The notes under the pieces: model-generated | Databases searched by the model: none | Told to the model about the DNA's origin: nothing | What the model saw: only the letters and a program-made list of their open reading frames with translations | Virus record (IMG/VR): IMGVR_UViG_3300042560_001826 | Location: 32,001-96,000 of that record | DNA length: 64,000 nucleotides | Strand: one strand, 5' to 3' | Origin: a virus | In this document: piece by piece, positions 43,752 to 55,346 of the stretch | Numbering within the stretch: the first letter of the stretch is position 1 | Layout of the letters: the number at the start of each line of letters is the position of its first letter | Translations under genes and position numbers: made by a program

Positions 43752-44282
43752 ATGAAATTAAAATCATCACCAATACTTGGCACTATTGGTTTATTATATG
43801 GAATATTTACAGGTGCAATTATTTCTCATACAATTACAAGAGATCACTATGAAGCTAAAGAAACATCAGTGACTATTGTTGAAAAACAAGATATTAAGCC
43901 AGAGGTAATAATTGTACCTTTGGTTCAAGATCCGGTAATTGTTGAAGAAGCAATTCCTCTTAGTGTTGAGAAGAAAATTCCCAACGATTTAACTAAGAGA
44001 TGTCCTGAATGGGAAAATAAATTGAGAGAGCATGGATTGCCTGTCAAGTTATTTTCTTATATTATGTGGAGAGAAAGTCGGTGTATTCCTGACGCTCACA
44101 ACAAGACATTGAATAGGGATAAGTCTCAAGATAGAGGTCTGCTTCAGATTAATTCAACTTGGAAGACAGTAACTAAGAATATATGTGGCACAGACCTTGA
44201 TGGTTTGTTTGACCCTACTTGTAATCTAAAGGTTGCAAAATATCTTTATGATAATGGTGGGGCCGGTCACTGGTCAATGTAA
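43752..44282 (+). CDS. Membrane-anchored lytic transglycosylase (SLT domain)
   Basis: N-terminal TM helix; IMWRESRC, DRGLLQINS, DPTCNLKVAKYLY. Confidence 0.85.
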   Translation: MKLKSSPILGTIGLLYGIFTGAIISHTITRDHYEAKETSVTIVEKQDIKPEVIIVPLVQDPVIVEEAIPLSVEKKIPNDLTKRCPEWENKLREHGLPVKLFSYIMWRESRCIPDAHNKTLNRDKSQDRGLLQINSTWKTVTKNICGTDLDGLFDPTCNLKVAKYLYDNGGAGHWSM

Positions 44283-44909
44283 ATATAAACAACTAGTAGA
44301 AAGTAGATAATATGGGCTACTATGTCCAAGTAACTAATGCTGATGTGTTTATGTCAAAAGATAATTTTGATAAAGCATACAAGGCTGCCATTGCTTTGAA
44401 TCAACAAGATGATTTGAAATCAGGTGGTGGCTGGACTGACGAATTGAAATCAAGTGATCCAAGACCTGAAGGTTTTGATTATCACCCATCTAGATGGTTT
44501 AGTTGGGTTGATGCTGATTATCATATTACATGTAAAACACTGGATGATGTATTAAAAGAGTTTCGCTTTGAAACTATGTATGATAATGATGGCAATCTAA
44601 TTAATCTTCATTTTGATTGCAAAGTTGGAGATGAAGTATTTTTACTTACTGCTATTGCGCCATATTTTAAAGACGGTTCGTCTTTGGAATGGCGTGGTGA
44701 AGAAGGTGAAACTTGGAAATACATCTTTGAAAACGGTAAAATCCGGGAACAGCAGGGTGTTATTGTTTGGGAAGATATTAATGAAGTAGCAATCAGATAG
44801 TCAAATAATTTAGGGTATAGGGTAATAATAATTAATCCCCTAATAATCCCCGATACCGTACAGAATAATAAAGTGCTGAGACACTTTGTTCTGTACGGTA
44901 TTTTATTAG

Positions 44910-44983
44910 GTTTCCGTAGCTCAATTGGATAGAGCAAAACACTTCTAATGTTTAGGTTATAGGTTCAAGTCCTATCGGAAACG
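44910..44983 (+). tRNA. tRNA-Arg(UCU)
   Basis: GTTTCCG/CGGAAAC; anticodon arm AAACA-CT-TCT-AA-TGTTT; ATAGG-TTCAAGT-CCTAT. Confidence 0.95.
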
Positions 44984-45081
44984 CGCAATAAGGTTAAAAA
45001 TTACACAGGCAGAAAAATATCTAAATGCTGTAAAGAAGTGAGTTCCTAGGGCAAAAACTTCGTTCCTGTGTAATTAAAAAT

Positions 45082-45233
45082 GTTAGAGATGAGCTAAGGC
45101 ATACCTTTCAGCTTAAGAAAGTTGTGCATAATTTATGTTGTGGTTAGCCCCTTCTACCACAAAACGGGTATGGTCATAAATTATGTTAATCGCAGTCCAT
45201 TGTTTGCGAAAACGACTTTTGCTCATCTCTAAC
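45082..45233 (+). ncRNA. Candidate structured ncRNA (long nested stem, possible pseudoknot)
   Basis: 13-bp closing stem GTTAGAGATGAGC/GCTCATCTCTAAC with further nested helices; no ORF; downstream of a tRNA. Confidence 0.55.
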
Positions 45234-46116
45234 TTATTTTTTTATATACGATTGGAGGAATCGTGGAATACAATGAATATGAAGAATCACATTGTGAACA
45301 ATGTTCAGAATTGAATCCGCCTATGGTGGTATTTGGCAATTTAATTCATTATAATTGCCGAGACTGTGGATGGTGGTGGAAAGAAAAGAAAAAGAAAGAA
45401 GGTAGACAAAATGCTTGAATCTTTTCTTGGGTTGACAATACTAGTAATTGTTTCATTGCTAGTATCTACAACAATAAAAAGGAAAATGAAATGACTGATA
45501 AATACAAAGATGCTATTGAGAAGATTGTTGATACTATAACAATTCCAGGAGAACAGATTACAGATGGTGAATGTATAGATGCTATTTGGTTTGTATTAGA
45601 AACACTTGGATACGATTTATCAGAAATACAACAACAAAAAGGAGAGAGGAAATAACATGCCATTGTCATGGAATATTGGTAATATTGAAATGTATAAAGA
45701 TGATACAGACAAAGCTTATATTGAAAGAGAAGAGTTTGGTCAAAAAGTATATGATTTAGTTCCAATGACTAAAGCATTTATTTTTTGGAGTGGTGCTACT
45801 GGTTATGGGAGCATTACTAAATCAAATGCAGCAGAGTATTATGCCCGGTCTAAAGTTGTAGAAAAGATTTGCAATATCTCTTTTATGCAAGGTTGGGGAA
45901 AAGATGAGAATGGCGAGTCCTATGTAAAAGATATTTACATTGAAATGCAAAATGTAAAAGATCACATTGGATTGGCAACAAATCACAATACATTTAGCAC
46001 AACTCAATGGCTTGATATTTTCATGAGGAATAACAAGTCTGTTGCTCCTGATAGAAAAGTAGTAAAGGCAATGGTAACACTTTATAAGCATGAATATGAG
46101 CAATGGGAGAAGCAAA

Positions 46117-46539
46117 ATGAACAAGTCCTTGTCTGAACTAGAAACTGATTTTGAGGTATATCAATACATCAAAAATTATCTTCTATTTCAAGGTGTAAAA
46201 TCAGAAATTGCAGCTGGTTTTGGAGAGGATTGCCAAATAGATCAAGGCTGCGCTTACAGAGGTGATGATAATAAAAAATGCGCAGTTGGTTCTATTATCG
46301 CTGATGAATTTTATGATCATTCATTAGAGGGAAAAGCTTGTCATCACAAAGAAGTATTGGATGCAGTTGAAAAATCTGTACCAAGATGGATTATTAATTC
46401 ATCTATGTTACAAGAAATGCAAATTATTCATGATGAAAAAGAGCCCGATGAATGGTATTTGATGTTGGAAGATATGATTAGATATTTTCCAAACAGAACT
46501 ATGTTTGTACAATATCCAGAAGAAACGGAGATAGAGTAA
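46117..46539 (+). CDS. Hypothetical protein, paralogue of 49052-49810
   Basis: CAYR...KCAVG...MQIIHD. Confidence 0.6.
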   Translation: MNKSLSELETDFEVYQYIKNYLLFQGVKSEIAAGFGEDCQIDQGCAYRGDDNKKCAVGSIIADEFYDHSLEGKACHHKEVLDAVEKSVPRWIINSSMLQEMQIIHDEKEPDEWYLMLEDMIRYFPNRTMFVQYPEETEIE

Positions 46540-48049
46540 TGGAAACAAAAGAATTGCAATTTCGCAATTTTCAAAATACAGCCTCAAAGGATTCAGGTTG
46601 TATTCCGCTACATAGTTGGGAAAAAGTATATGATTTTCAACAAACAGATATTGGTCTTTCGTATTCTGATACTAAAACGGCAACCATCAATGTTTGGGGA
46701 TGTCATGGATATTATACTCAATCAAATAAAACATATGATGGCATGTATGCATATGCTGAAGTTACATGTGAAAAAACTAAAAAGGTTTGGCACAAATCTT
46801 TCTTTGGAGAATCATCTGAAGACGATGGTTTGCGTTGGGCTACAGATAAGGCCGGTGAAATAGTTTATGGATGAAGCACTTCTTAGAGAAATGAAACAGA
46901 AAGCTCTTTATAGAGCGTGTATGTTCTTTGTTTCAGACTTTGATGAAAAGTTTACTGCTGATCAAATTATTGAAGCAATTTGGAATGAATCAAGCTCTGT
47001 AACTCTTTGGGAAGCAGTTGAGCATATGCATTCAGAAGAGATTGTTGAAATGATTGATGGTCTTGCTAATGATTTTGTTCAGTTTGCCTTGGAATATATC
47101 AAAAAAATGAGTCCAGGAGAGGTTGTCCATAAAGTGGAAAATGAAAATAAAAAAATAGAACAGCATTCAGGATCTTCTAAGGGAAATGTTGACGAATCAT
47201 ATCACGCTTCTCGTTACTCAAAAGCTGTAACAGACTTTACAAGATCTGCTGTGGAATTAGTTAATGTATGGGAGAGCATACCGTCACACTTAGAGCCAAA
47301 AATAACTCATAATCAGACTTACCCTTTTGGCATGTCATTTGATGAAATGGTTTATGAGATTGTATGCTGGAATTCAGATGTACAAGAAACAATAGAAAAA
47401 TGGAGGAAAGATAATGGCAGAGAGACATGAGTTAATTGATAGAAAAGAATATTATTATGTCATCAAGGCATTTAGAGATAATGATGACCCGAATAAGATT
47501 CACTATCTATTTGATCACGATACCTGTTTGGCTAGATTTCCAGAAGGCATTATCTGGAACAATAAGACAGGGATATGGGAAAATATGGATGGGGAAGATA
47601 CCTTTGATAATGCTGTTTGTGATGATGTTTGGGAAAAGTTAAACATGCTAGAAACAGCACAGAAATATATTCATGAAATCCAAGAAGCGATGGAAAAACT
47701 GGAGGATAAGTAATGCCATTAAAGCAACCAAAGAAAGCTGAGCAAAAGAAAGATTCTAAGAGTGAATTTGATTTGATGATTCAGTCAACAATTAACTCTA
47801 ACTATCCTATCCTAATTCCGGTCAAAGATGAGAGTGTAATTCTCATCAAAGATCCGATTAGCAAGATGCTCAAGAAATTCAAAGTAGATTCGCAAGAGTT
47901 TATTGAATATCTTGGCGGTCTTATTGATCATGGTTTGTTAGTCAAATTAGATAAGGATTTTGACTGGGTGCAGCAATTCTCAAATAGTTATAAATCTAAA
48001 TGGGATGAATACAAAAAGCAACTAGTAACAACAGATGGAGATAAGTAAT

Positions 48050-48805
48050 ATGGAAACACTACAAAAGCCAACAATCAAGCAATTGCTTGATGCAATTAAA
48101 TTAGTTCAAGACAATCCTGATAATTTTAATTATCGTGAAGATCTGCGTGATTTGTTTGACCTAAATACAGCCGCTATTGATTCAAATTGGCAAAATGGCT
48201 CTCATGATAAAGAAGCATTTGAAAAATTAATTCAAGCCATTGAATTCAATGGGGCATTACATTTCAATATGTCAGTGTTTATGGGTTCGTTACCAGATCA
48301 TTGGTGGGATAGTTATAATTCAGCACATCAGGTTGTACCCTTTTATAACAACAAAGAATCTGATGACAAAAAATATCTGGATTCTACAACATCAACATTT
48401 AATTGTGATACTGTTGGTTGTGTTGCTGGCTTTGCTACTGCTGTAGCAATGAATTGGACTTCAGAAGATTGGTTGAAGAATTTTTCACATTTTGAAAAGA
48501 ATGAAACATTTGCAAATATCGCTTGTAATTTTCTAAATATTCCGCTGCCTCTTGCAGAAAGAATATTCTATGGAGAAAATGGTAGCATTTGGGCATTTGT
48601 ACGGAGAGGCTCCGAATCCTTTTCTGATATTGAATTTATAAATGAAGAAGACCAAGATGAATATGACTGGGATGAATTAGAAGTTAATCTCAATTCTATC
48701 GGGCATAAACACGCAGTAGAGGTTCTCCGAATGATTAATATTGGAGAAATTCAATTTGAAACCAAATACGGATATCAACCATATTTTACTAAAGGAGAAA
48801 AATAA
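48050..48805 (+). CDS. Hypothetical protein, paralogue of 51361-52368
   Basis: HFNMSVF...FNCDTVGCVAGFA...FLNIPL. Confidence 0.65.
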   Translation: METLQKPTIKQLLDAIKLVQDNPDNFNYREDLRDLFDLNTAAIDSNWQNGSHDKEAFEKLIQAIEFNGALHFNMSVFMGSLPDHWWDSYNSAHQVVPFYNNKESDDKKYLDSTTSTFNCDTVGCVAGFATAVAMNWTSEDWLKNFSHFEKNETFANIACNFLNIPLPLAERIFYGENGSIWAFVRRGSESFSDIEFINEEDQDEYDWDELEVNLNSIGHKHAVEVLRMINIGEIQFETKYGYQPYFTKGEK

Positions 48806-49051
48806 TGAATACGACAGCTGATTTCATTGGCGCAAAAATCGTCAAAGTCAGGTTAATGACTAAAGCAGAAGCTGAGTTAGAGGGTTGGGATATTGATCAT
48901 GATACCCCACCAGTAATTGTTCTAGATACAGGTGCAATTATTTATCCATCTTCTGATCCAGAAGGTAATGGACCGGGAATGCTTTTTGCTAATAATAAGG
49001 CCGGCGAACAATTCTATCTATATCCAAGTAAAAACAACAAGGAGAAGTAAA

Positions 49052-49810
49052 ATGATTAAGACAGCCATTACGATTGGCACAGAATCAGCCAAGATTACAG
49101 ATAGAGATGTATTTGAGTATGTGCGAGAAAAAATGCTTGCGCAAAACCAAAAATCAGTCAATACATATATTGATGATGAAACAGGTGAGACAATTGATGG
49201 TGATGACTGTCAATACTTTTCATACAATATGGAGAATGAAATTAGTCTTAGATGCGCTCTTGGCTTTGTAATGAATCAAAATATTTTTGAAAAACTTGGT
49301 CAAGAAGATACTGATGCCACTGATGAACAAACAATTAGCGTCATTGCTCTATCAAATAAAAATTGGGAGATTACATCTGAGTCTTGGCAAATGCTTGCGC
49401 TTTTGCAAAGAATTCACGACATGACAAATCTTTCGCATTGGAGGAGAGTGATGGACAGAATGTCTTATCTATTTGATTCCAATGGTAAATTTAAATATGA
49501 CAATATTGACACTGAGAAGCACCCAATTAGTTTTGATTCAGATAATGAAGTAAGTATTGATTTTGAAGATCTTGGAATTAAACTCAATATTACAGTTCCT
49601 AAAATGAGTGCTGCTCGAGAAATTGCAAACCTCTTAGAAAGTAATATTGATGAGGAGCAATTTGTAAAAAATCTCAACAAGGATGTTGTCAATATTCTTA
49701 ATGTTGAGACAAAAGAACAGCAAGCTATCGGGTCTGGAATTTTCTTGGACTTGGTTGATATTGTCAATAAAGATATCCGCAAATCAAATGATCAGAAAGT
49801 GAAGGCATAA
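49052..49810 (+). CDS. Hypothetical protein, paralogue of 46117-46539
   Basis: CQY...RCALG...LQRIHD; AAGGAG RBS. Confidence 0.6.
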   Translation: MIKTAITIGTESAKITDRDVFEYVREKMLAQNQKSVNTYIDDETGETIDGDDCQYFSYNMENEISLRCALGFVMNQNIFEKLGQEDTDATDEQTISVIALSNKNWEITSESWQMLALLQRIHDMTNLSHWRRVMDRMSYLFDSNGKFKYDNIDTEKHPISFDSDNEVSIDFEDLGIKLNITVPKMSAAREIANLLESNIDEEQFVKNLNKDVVNILNVETKEQQAIGSGIFLDLVDIVNKDIRKSNDQKVKA

Positions 49811-51360
49811 TGGCAGTATCAATTGCTGAAACCATTAGCAAGAAATACCTTGCTATTTCAGTTGTAATATTCGTATTCTATCTAGCATTGAGGAAGTATG
49901 GAAGAAAAGACTAAATTGACTTGGATAAATATCGGCGGAGTAAAAGCATTACATAACAAAGAAACTGACGAAATTTATGTCAAGAAATGTGTAGAATGTA
50001 GCAAACTATTGACTGCTGATGAAGCATCATATGGACACGATTGTGAGGTATGAAATGAATAATTTAAATGGTGAGGAGTTCAATCAATTCATCCTATCTA
50101 AACTTGAAGAAATGAGAGATTTAGACAAGGAAAATCACAAGACTACTTTGAGAGCATTTGAGCATCTACTTGATGTTGTTAAAATGCTTGATAAGAGAAT
50201 TGCAAAACTAGAAGGGAATTAGCTGTGAAAAGAATCAAGATAATGTCGCCAGAACAAGAAGAAATTGTATTCCCAAAAAATGTACCTTCTGGGTATGAAT
50301 GGGATCATGGTTTGCTTGAAGCTGGTAAAACAAATCCTGAGTTTTATTGTGAAGGATATGGGCATACAGAAGTAGCAATGATTAAAGACCTGTTGAATGG
50401 TAATGAAATTCATTTCTACTGTGACGGTGAAATGAGGATTAATTATCTTGATACAAATGCTAGGGATTGCAGCAGGTTATCAGATATTGGAATTGAGAAT
50501 GATTCCGATCTGCAAAGAGTACAGCTTAACCAAGATTATGACTTTGTAAATAATCCTTGGTTTGATTGCTATTTGACTAAACCGGGAGATAGTGAATCAG
50601 AATGGCTAGATATCGTTCATTTTGACATCATTAGAGAAGGGATACCGGCAGCAGTATTTGTACTTGAAGAGCTCAGAAATAAAAGCAAGGACTAAAATGA
50701 ATATTCCAAATAAAATAGCAAAGATTGATGCTGAACTAAAAAAGACAAGAAAGCTAAAAGAACTAGCAGAAGCTGAAGGTAATAGAAATATTCCTTACTG
50801 GGTCGGATATGAAGAAGGCTTAATGTATGCAAGACAAGTGTTTATAACTTTAATAAATAGAAAGGGAATGAAATCGTGATTACACTTTTATCTGCTGAAG
50901 AATGGATTGAAAAATACCGACCAGAAATGGCAAATGGTGCAATTAAAATGTACGAAACTTTTGGCGAAGACTTTAATTTCATAAAAACAGTTGAACCGAG
51001 AAGAGTATGGACTTTAATTGTTGAAGAGAATGATGCGTTTATTGAAAGCGGTTATAGGTGGGTAAATAGGCTTTCATATTTTATTACGGAAGTGCCTTGG
51101 GAAGAAGGTCGATATTGGGATAATGCAATTATTGTAAATTGGGGGTCGTTTGAAGATGACTGATTGGAACACACAAGAAAATCAAAACTGGCTAAATTCA
51201 ATTAGGAATAATATGGATTTAGAAGAAAAGGGATATCATCTATTGGCTCAACTAGAACAGTTGGAAACAGATGGTGTAGAGCTTCCATTTGGAAGTTACG
51301 AAGTAGCAAAACAACATCTCAAGCAATTAATATCACTAATCACACAGAAAGAAGAACAAA

Positions 51361-52368
51361 ATGACTAACTATACAAAACCGTCTTTTGACGAACTAGTGT
51401 TCGCATTTGATGAAATTGCAAAATATCGTGATGAGCAAATACTTGCAGATAATAATGATCTTGTGCGTTTGCCAAGCTGTTACATTATCTCTGGCTTTGA
51501 TGTTAATAATGAATATGTAATCAAAGAAAAGAAGCGCAATATTGAGCAAGATCTGCCAGAGGATATCCACGAGCATTTTGCTACGGTAAATAACAATGTT
51601 CTTGCTCTCAAAGATGTGAAGGCAAAAGATTATAATAAGGCTAACTTTGATAGTGTTATTTCATCTCTAGAAAGAGACGGGAAAGAGCATTTCAGAATGT
51701 CCGTATTTTTCGCTAACATCACTAGAAAAAGTTATGAACATGATTCTTTTGAACTTACTCCTGTAAGTGGAGAAAACGATTTTAGCGCTATATTTAACAA
51801 TGCAACATCAGAATTCAATTGCAATTCTGTTGCCTGTATTGCTGGTTTTGCTATTGCTGAAGCATCAGACTGGAGAATTAAAAGTCTGTACAAAAATATT
51901 GATCTTGCAGAAAACTATGTGGTTTTGAATCTTGCTGCAAATTATCTAAATATTCCACTATCTGTTGCTGAAAGCATATTCTATGCTAATGAGCATACAG
52001 TTTGGTCTTGGCTTAAAGCTCAACAATACTATGACTTTAGACATGGGGAATTAACTAAGCAATCAGAACAGGTTGATAGTCGCCTTAATAAGTTTAAAGA
52101 TATTGAGAGCTATCTTGATAAGTTTGGAGATGTTGATTTTGATCAAGATTACTTCTACTCTTGTGAAGAATATGGTTATGAACAAGATACTTTCTGGGAA
52201 AATTGTGGCATTGATATGGTTACGATTACTTGGAAAGAAGCAGTAGCACTTATGACTCTCATTAGAGATGAGATTATTGTGCTAGATAGAAAGTTTCCTG
52301 GTAAGCTTTTGGGTTCAGTTCCATCTTGGAATTCAGAAAAAATTAGCGAATTACAGGCTAGTAAATAA
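51361..52368 (+). CDS. Hypothetical protein, paralogue of 48050-48805
   Basis: HFRMSVF...FNCNSVACIAGFA...YLNIPL. Confidence 0.65.
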   Translation: MTNYTKPSFDELVFAFDEIAKYRDEQILADNNDLVRLPSCYIISGFDVNNEYVIKEKKRNIEQDLPEDIHEHFATVNNNVLALKDVKAKDYNKANFDSVISSLERDGKEHFRMSVFFANITRKSYEHDSFELTPVSGENDFSAIFNNATSEFNCNSVACIAGFAIAEASDWRIKSLYKNIDLAENYVVLNLAANYLNIPLSVAESIFYANEHTVWSWLKAQQYYDFRHGELTKQSEQVDSRLNKFKDIESYLDKFGDVDFDQDYFYSCEEYGYEQDTFWENCGIDMVTITWKEAVALMTLIRDEIIVLDRKFPGKLLGSVPSWNSEKISELQASK

Positions 52369-52413
52369 TCCTAATATTAGGGTAGTATAATCATAGGGAA
52401 TAATATCAATAAA

Positions 52414-52427
52414 CGAACACATGTTTG
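52414..52427. promoter_or_regulatory. LexA (SOS) box CGAACACATGTTTG
   Basis: Matches CGAACRNRYGTTYG; lies between TATAAT (52386-52391) and a GGAGG RBS. Confidence 0.65.
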
Positions 52428-52435
52428 GAGGAAAA

Positions 52436-52642
52436 ATGATTGACGAAACACACTGGGAAAATGCTCCGGCTAGGGTACAAGATCACTTCATTGAATCAGC
52501 TTTCAATGAATTAGTGGAGAGAGGATTTATCCCACTAATGGATGAACCAATGGAGGAAACGCCGGGTTTTGATAATGCCTACGAAATGGCAATTGAGAAA
52601 TTCAACGAAAAGTATCCAAACGGGTTCTTTGAGAATGAGTAA
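52436..52642 (+). CDS. Small acidic hypothetical protein
   Basis: GGAGG RBS and its own promoter. Confidence 0.6.
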   Translation: MIDETHWENAPARVQDHFIESAFNELVERGFIPLMDEPMEETPGFDNAYEMAIEKFNEKYPNGFFENE

Positions 52643-53586
52643 CCAAAGTGGCCAGAAAACGCACTACGGAAGCGTACAAGGCTTTTTAAGTGCCAATGTG
52701 GTCGGGAATTGATTAATATCTATTTATAAGAACTGGAGAGAGATAAAGAATAAAAGCGGGTCTTAATTATCTTTCAGTATAGAGATAGAGAATCTATAGA
52801 GAGACTAGAGAATGAATAAGGCTGCGTCTACCTGAAATAAGTAGGATATGTCCCTTAGAAAATGTTGTGTTACGTCCCACAGTAAAGAGGCGAAAAGCGC
52901 GCAAATATTACGGTATTTTTATTAAATACTATGGTGTTTTATAAAATATAGGGCAAAAAGCCCTTAAAATGCATGAAAAAGCTTCACTTTTGCACAAGCT
53001 GGTATAAATATGTATGTATCTATCTCTCTATAGGTATAAAGAGACATTTAAACCCCGCCATAAAGGTATCCAGGAGATAAAAGAATGGGTAATAGATAAA
53101 TTCATTATAAATTAGTTCACTAATGAACTTATAGAACTTATCATTAAACTTCTCATAGAACTGATCATTGAATTCAGGCGGGAATAAGCCTACTGATTAC
53201 AGCACTGTAATTTGTAAGGAGCTAGACTAACCTTTGCCCCGGCAAAAAGAGACGGTAATGGATCCGTCATAAAGGTATTACTTTTTGTAAATCATTACAT
53301 AATAAAAAAGGTGATTTTTTTTATGTACTCTAAGTAATATTACGATGGTAATGTTACCAACCGTAATATTACACCTGGCAGATCACCTGACTTCGTTAGG
53401 GAATGGATCGACAAAAGGCTAAAACAAATCCTGGGCGATAAGATCGTCAAATATATCTTTTTTATATTTCTTTCAGGTAAGGTTGGTTTTTTTTAGATCA
53501 GCCGATAGCGTGAGTGTATCGGTTGCGAAACTGATGAAATAAATAAAAAAATAAAAAAATCAACAAAAAAGGAAAAAGGTAAAACA

Positions 53587-53907
53587 ATGGCTACGGAAAA
53601 GAATGACGATTTTGAAATCGTCAATGAAGCGGATTTGGAATTCGCTTCTCGTGGAAGAAAATCAAACATTAGCGATAGCGAAATCGCTAAGGTAAAAGAA
53701 ACATTGAAGAAAAATCCAAATGGTTGGGTTTTGTTCAATGGTAAGGCTATTCCTAATGGAATGACTAACGCTAAGGATATTCGTAACCATAAGGCTGCGA
53801 ATTCCGCAACGCTTAGGGCATTGGCTAAGAAATTGGGAATGAAAGCAGAAATTCGTTGGCATAAGGGAACTGTTCCAGCAGTTCGCTTTTCTAAGGTTTC
53901 TGCTTAG
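53587..53907 (+). CDS. Small basic protein, family A
   Basis: FEIVNEADLEFASRGRKS...LRALAKKLGMKAEIRW..GTVP; AAAGGT RBS. Confidence 0.8.
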   Translation: MATEKNDDFEIVNEADLEFASRGRKSNISDSEIAKVKETLKKNPNGWVLFNGKAIPNGMTNAKDIRNHKAANSATLRALAKKLGMKAEIRWHKGTVPAVRFSKVSA

Positions 53908-53938
53908 TAATTAGACAATAGTTTTCGCAACTGTTAGG

Positions 53939-53974
53939 GAATGGGTGGGGTAAAACCCACCCATTCTTTTTTTT
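53939..53974 (+). terminator. Rho-independent terminator
   Basis: GAATGGGTGGG-GTAAAA-CCCACCCATTC followed by a T run. Confidence 0.9.
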
Positions 53975-54435
53975 ATTTGTGTCGATCCCGGAATAAAGAT
54001 AAAGAATTACGTTACCGTAATCTTACAGATCCGCATTAGTGATTACATAAAGGATCTTCCAGGGATAAAGAAATAGATTAGAAAAATGCTTACTAAATTA
54101 TTTAGGTACGGTGTAATATTACCACGGTCGTAATGTTACAAAATTCTAACATTACACCCGCCCCGTAATATTACTTACTAAGTAAGATTACATAAAGGCT
54201 TACATAAAGGTAATATTTTATATAAAAGAAATGCTTACTCAAATGCTAAAAGAAGTCATGTAATGTTACCAGCCGTAATATTACCGAACTCCGGTCGAAA
54301 AAAAAACCTGGGCTTACGGCTGTGTAAGCTTTGACTTGGTGAGAGCCAAACTTACACAGCCGTAAGACACCTTCTGTTGCCCCGCCTAGTTAGGGCGGCG
54401 ATGGTCAATAATCCATCGGGGACGATTCACCTAAG

Positions 54436-54738
54436 TTACTTAGACGTAACGAGACGAACGGTAGGAACACCGTCGGTGGTGAAGGCAATGCGCACCTTCA
54501 CGCCGACAGACTTCGCGCATGCCCTGAGCATCGCGCTCACGGCAGCCTTGCGAGTCTTCGCGTTCGTACCCTTCGGGTCAACCTTGTACGAAGGCAGAGC
54601 CAAAACTTTCCCAGCGGGAAGTTTAGCGATAGCCTGCGCAAGCTTCGGGTCGGCGTTTGACTTGCGTCCACGCTTAGCGAAACTAAGGTCGCTCTCGTTC
54701 ACGATCTCGAACTCGGGTGTATCGTTGGTCTTAGCCAA
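54436..54738 (-). CDS. Small basic protein, family A
   Basis: FEIVNESDLSFAKRGRKS...LRACAKSVGVKVRIAF..DGVP; AAGGAG RBS, TTG start. Confidence 0.8.
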   Translation of the reverse strand: MAKTNDTPEFEIVNESDLSFAKRGRKSNADPKLAQAIAKLPAGKVLALPSYKVDPKGTNAKTRKAAVSAMLRACAKSVGVKVRIAFTTDGVPTVRLVTSK

Positions 54739-55346
54739 ACGTTACTCCTTTGTAAGAAAAGGTTACGGGTATGGATTAGACAGTAGTACCACTACTGCCC
54801 GACGCTGTAAGTTTTGATCTAGTGTGTTCGTTACCTTACACACGGGTAGGATTCGCTGACTGCCTACCTTCCCAAACTTACCGCCGTGTAACGGTAGTGC
54901 GACACCTGAACCTAGCCGAAGTGATCCCGAAGGATCACCGTTGCTCGCCCCGTAATTTTACGGGACCGCCTACTAGGTGACTCAGGTACGGGTCAACGCA
55001 CCGATAAGGATTCTAACAGATGATCGGCAAAAGCGGGCGGATAGTAAAACGGCTCAAATAAAAGACTACTGAATAGGTCGATAATAGGGTAAAGATAAAG
55101 TCCGGCGGCCCTGTAATCTTACAATTAGACTTTGATAAAGTTCCAGGACCGTAATCTTACATTGGAAAAATGTATTAAACTAATCTTACATAAGTGTAAT
55201 GTTACTGCGGGCGTAATCTTACGGTGAGTAAGGTTAACGCCCGCGTAATCTTACGCTAGTAATATTACATAGAGAAAATAAAAAAAATAAGTCGATAGCG
55301 CCGGGGCTCTTGCGAACCCCGACGCTACCTACTTGGCTTGGGGGAG

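Larger units (their letters stand above)
33403..52642 (+). other. Co-oriented block of about 45 mostly small, acidic hypothetical genes (probable early/host-takeover region)
   Basis: Dense, RBS-preceded, often coupled + strand ORFs with starts including 33403, 33840, 34590, 34774, 34994, 35230, 35496, 35985, 38124, 38638, 39321, 39495, 39711, 40184, 42776, 43258, 44312, 45263, 45491, 45657, 46539, 46867, 47414, 47713, 48805, 50055, 50225, 50697, 50876 and 51156. Confidence 0.75.
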
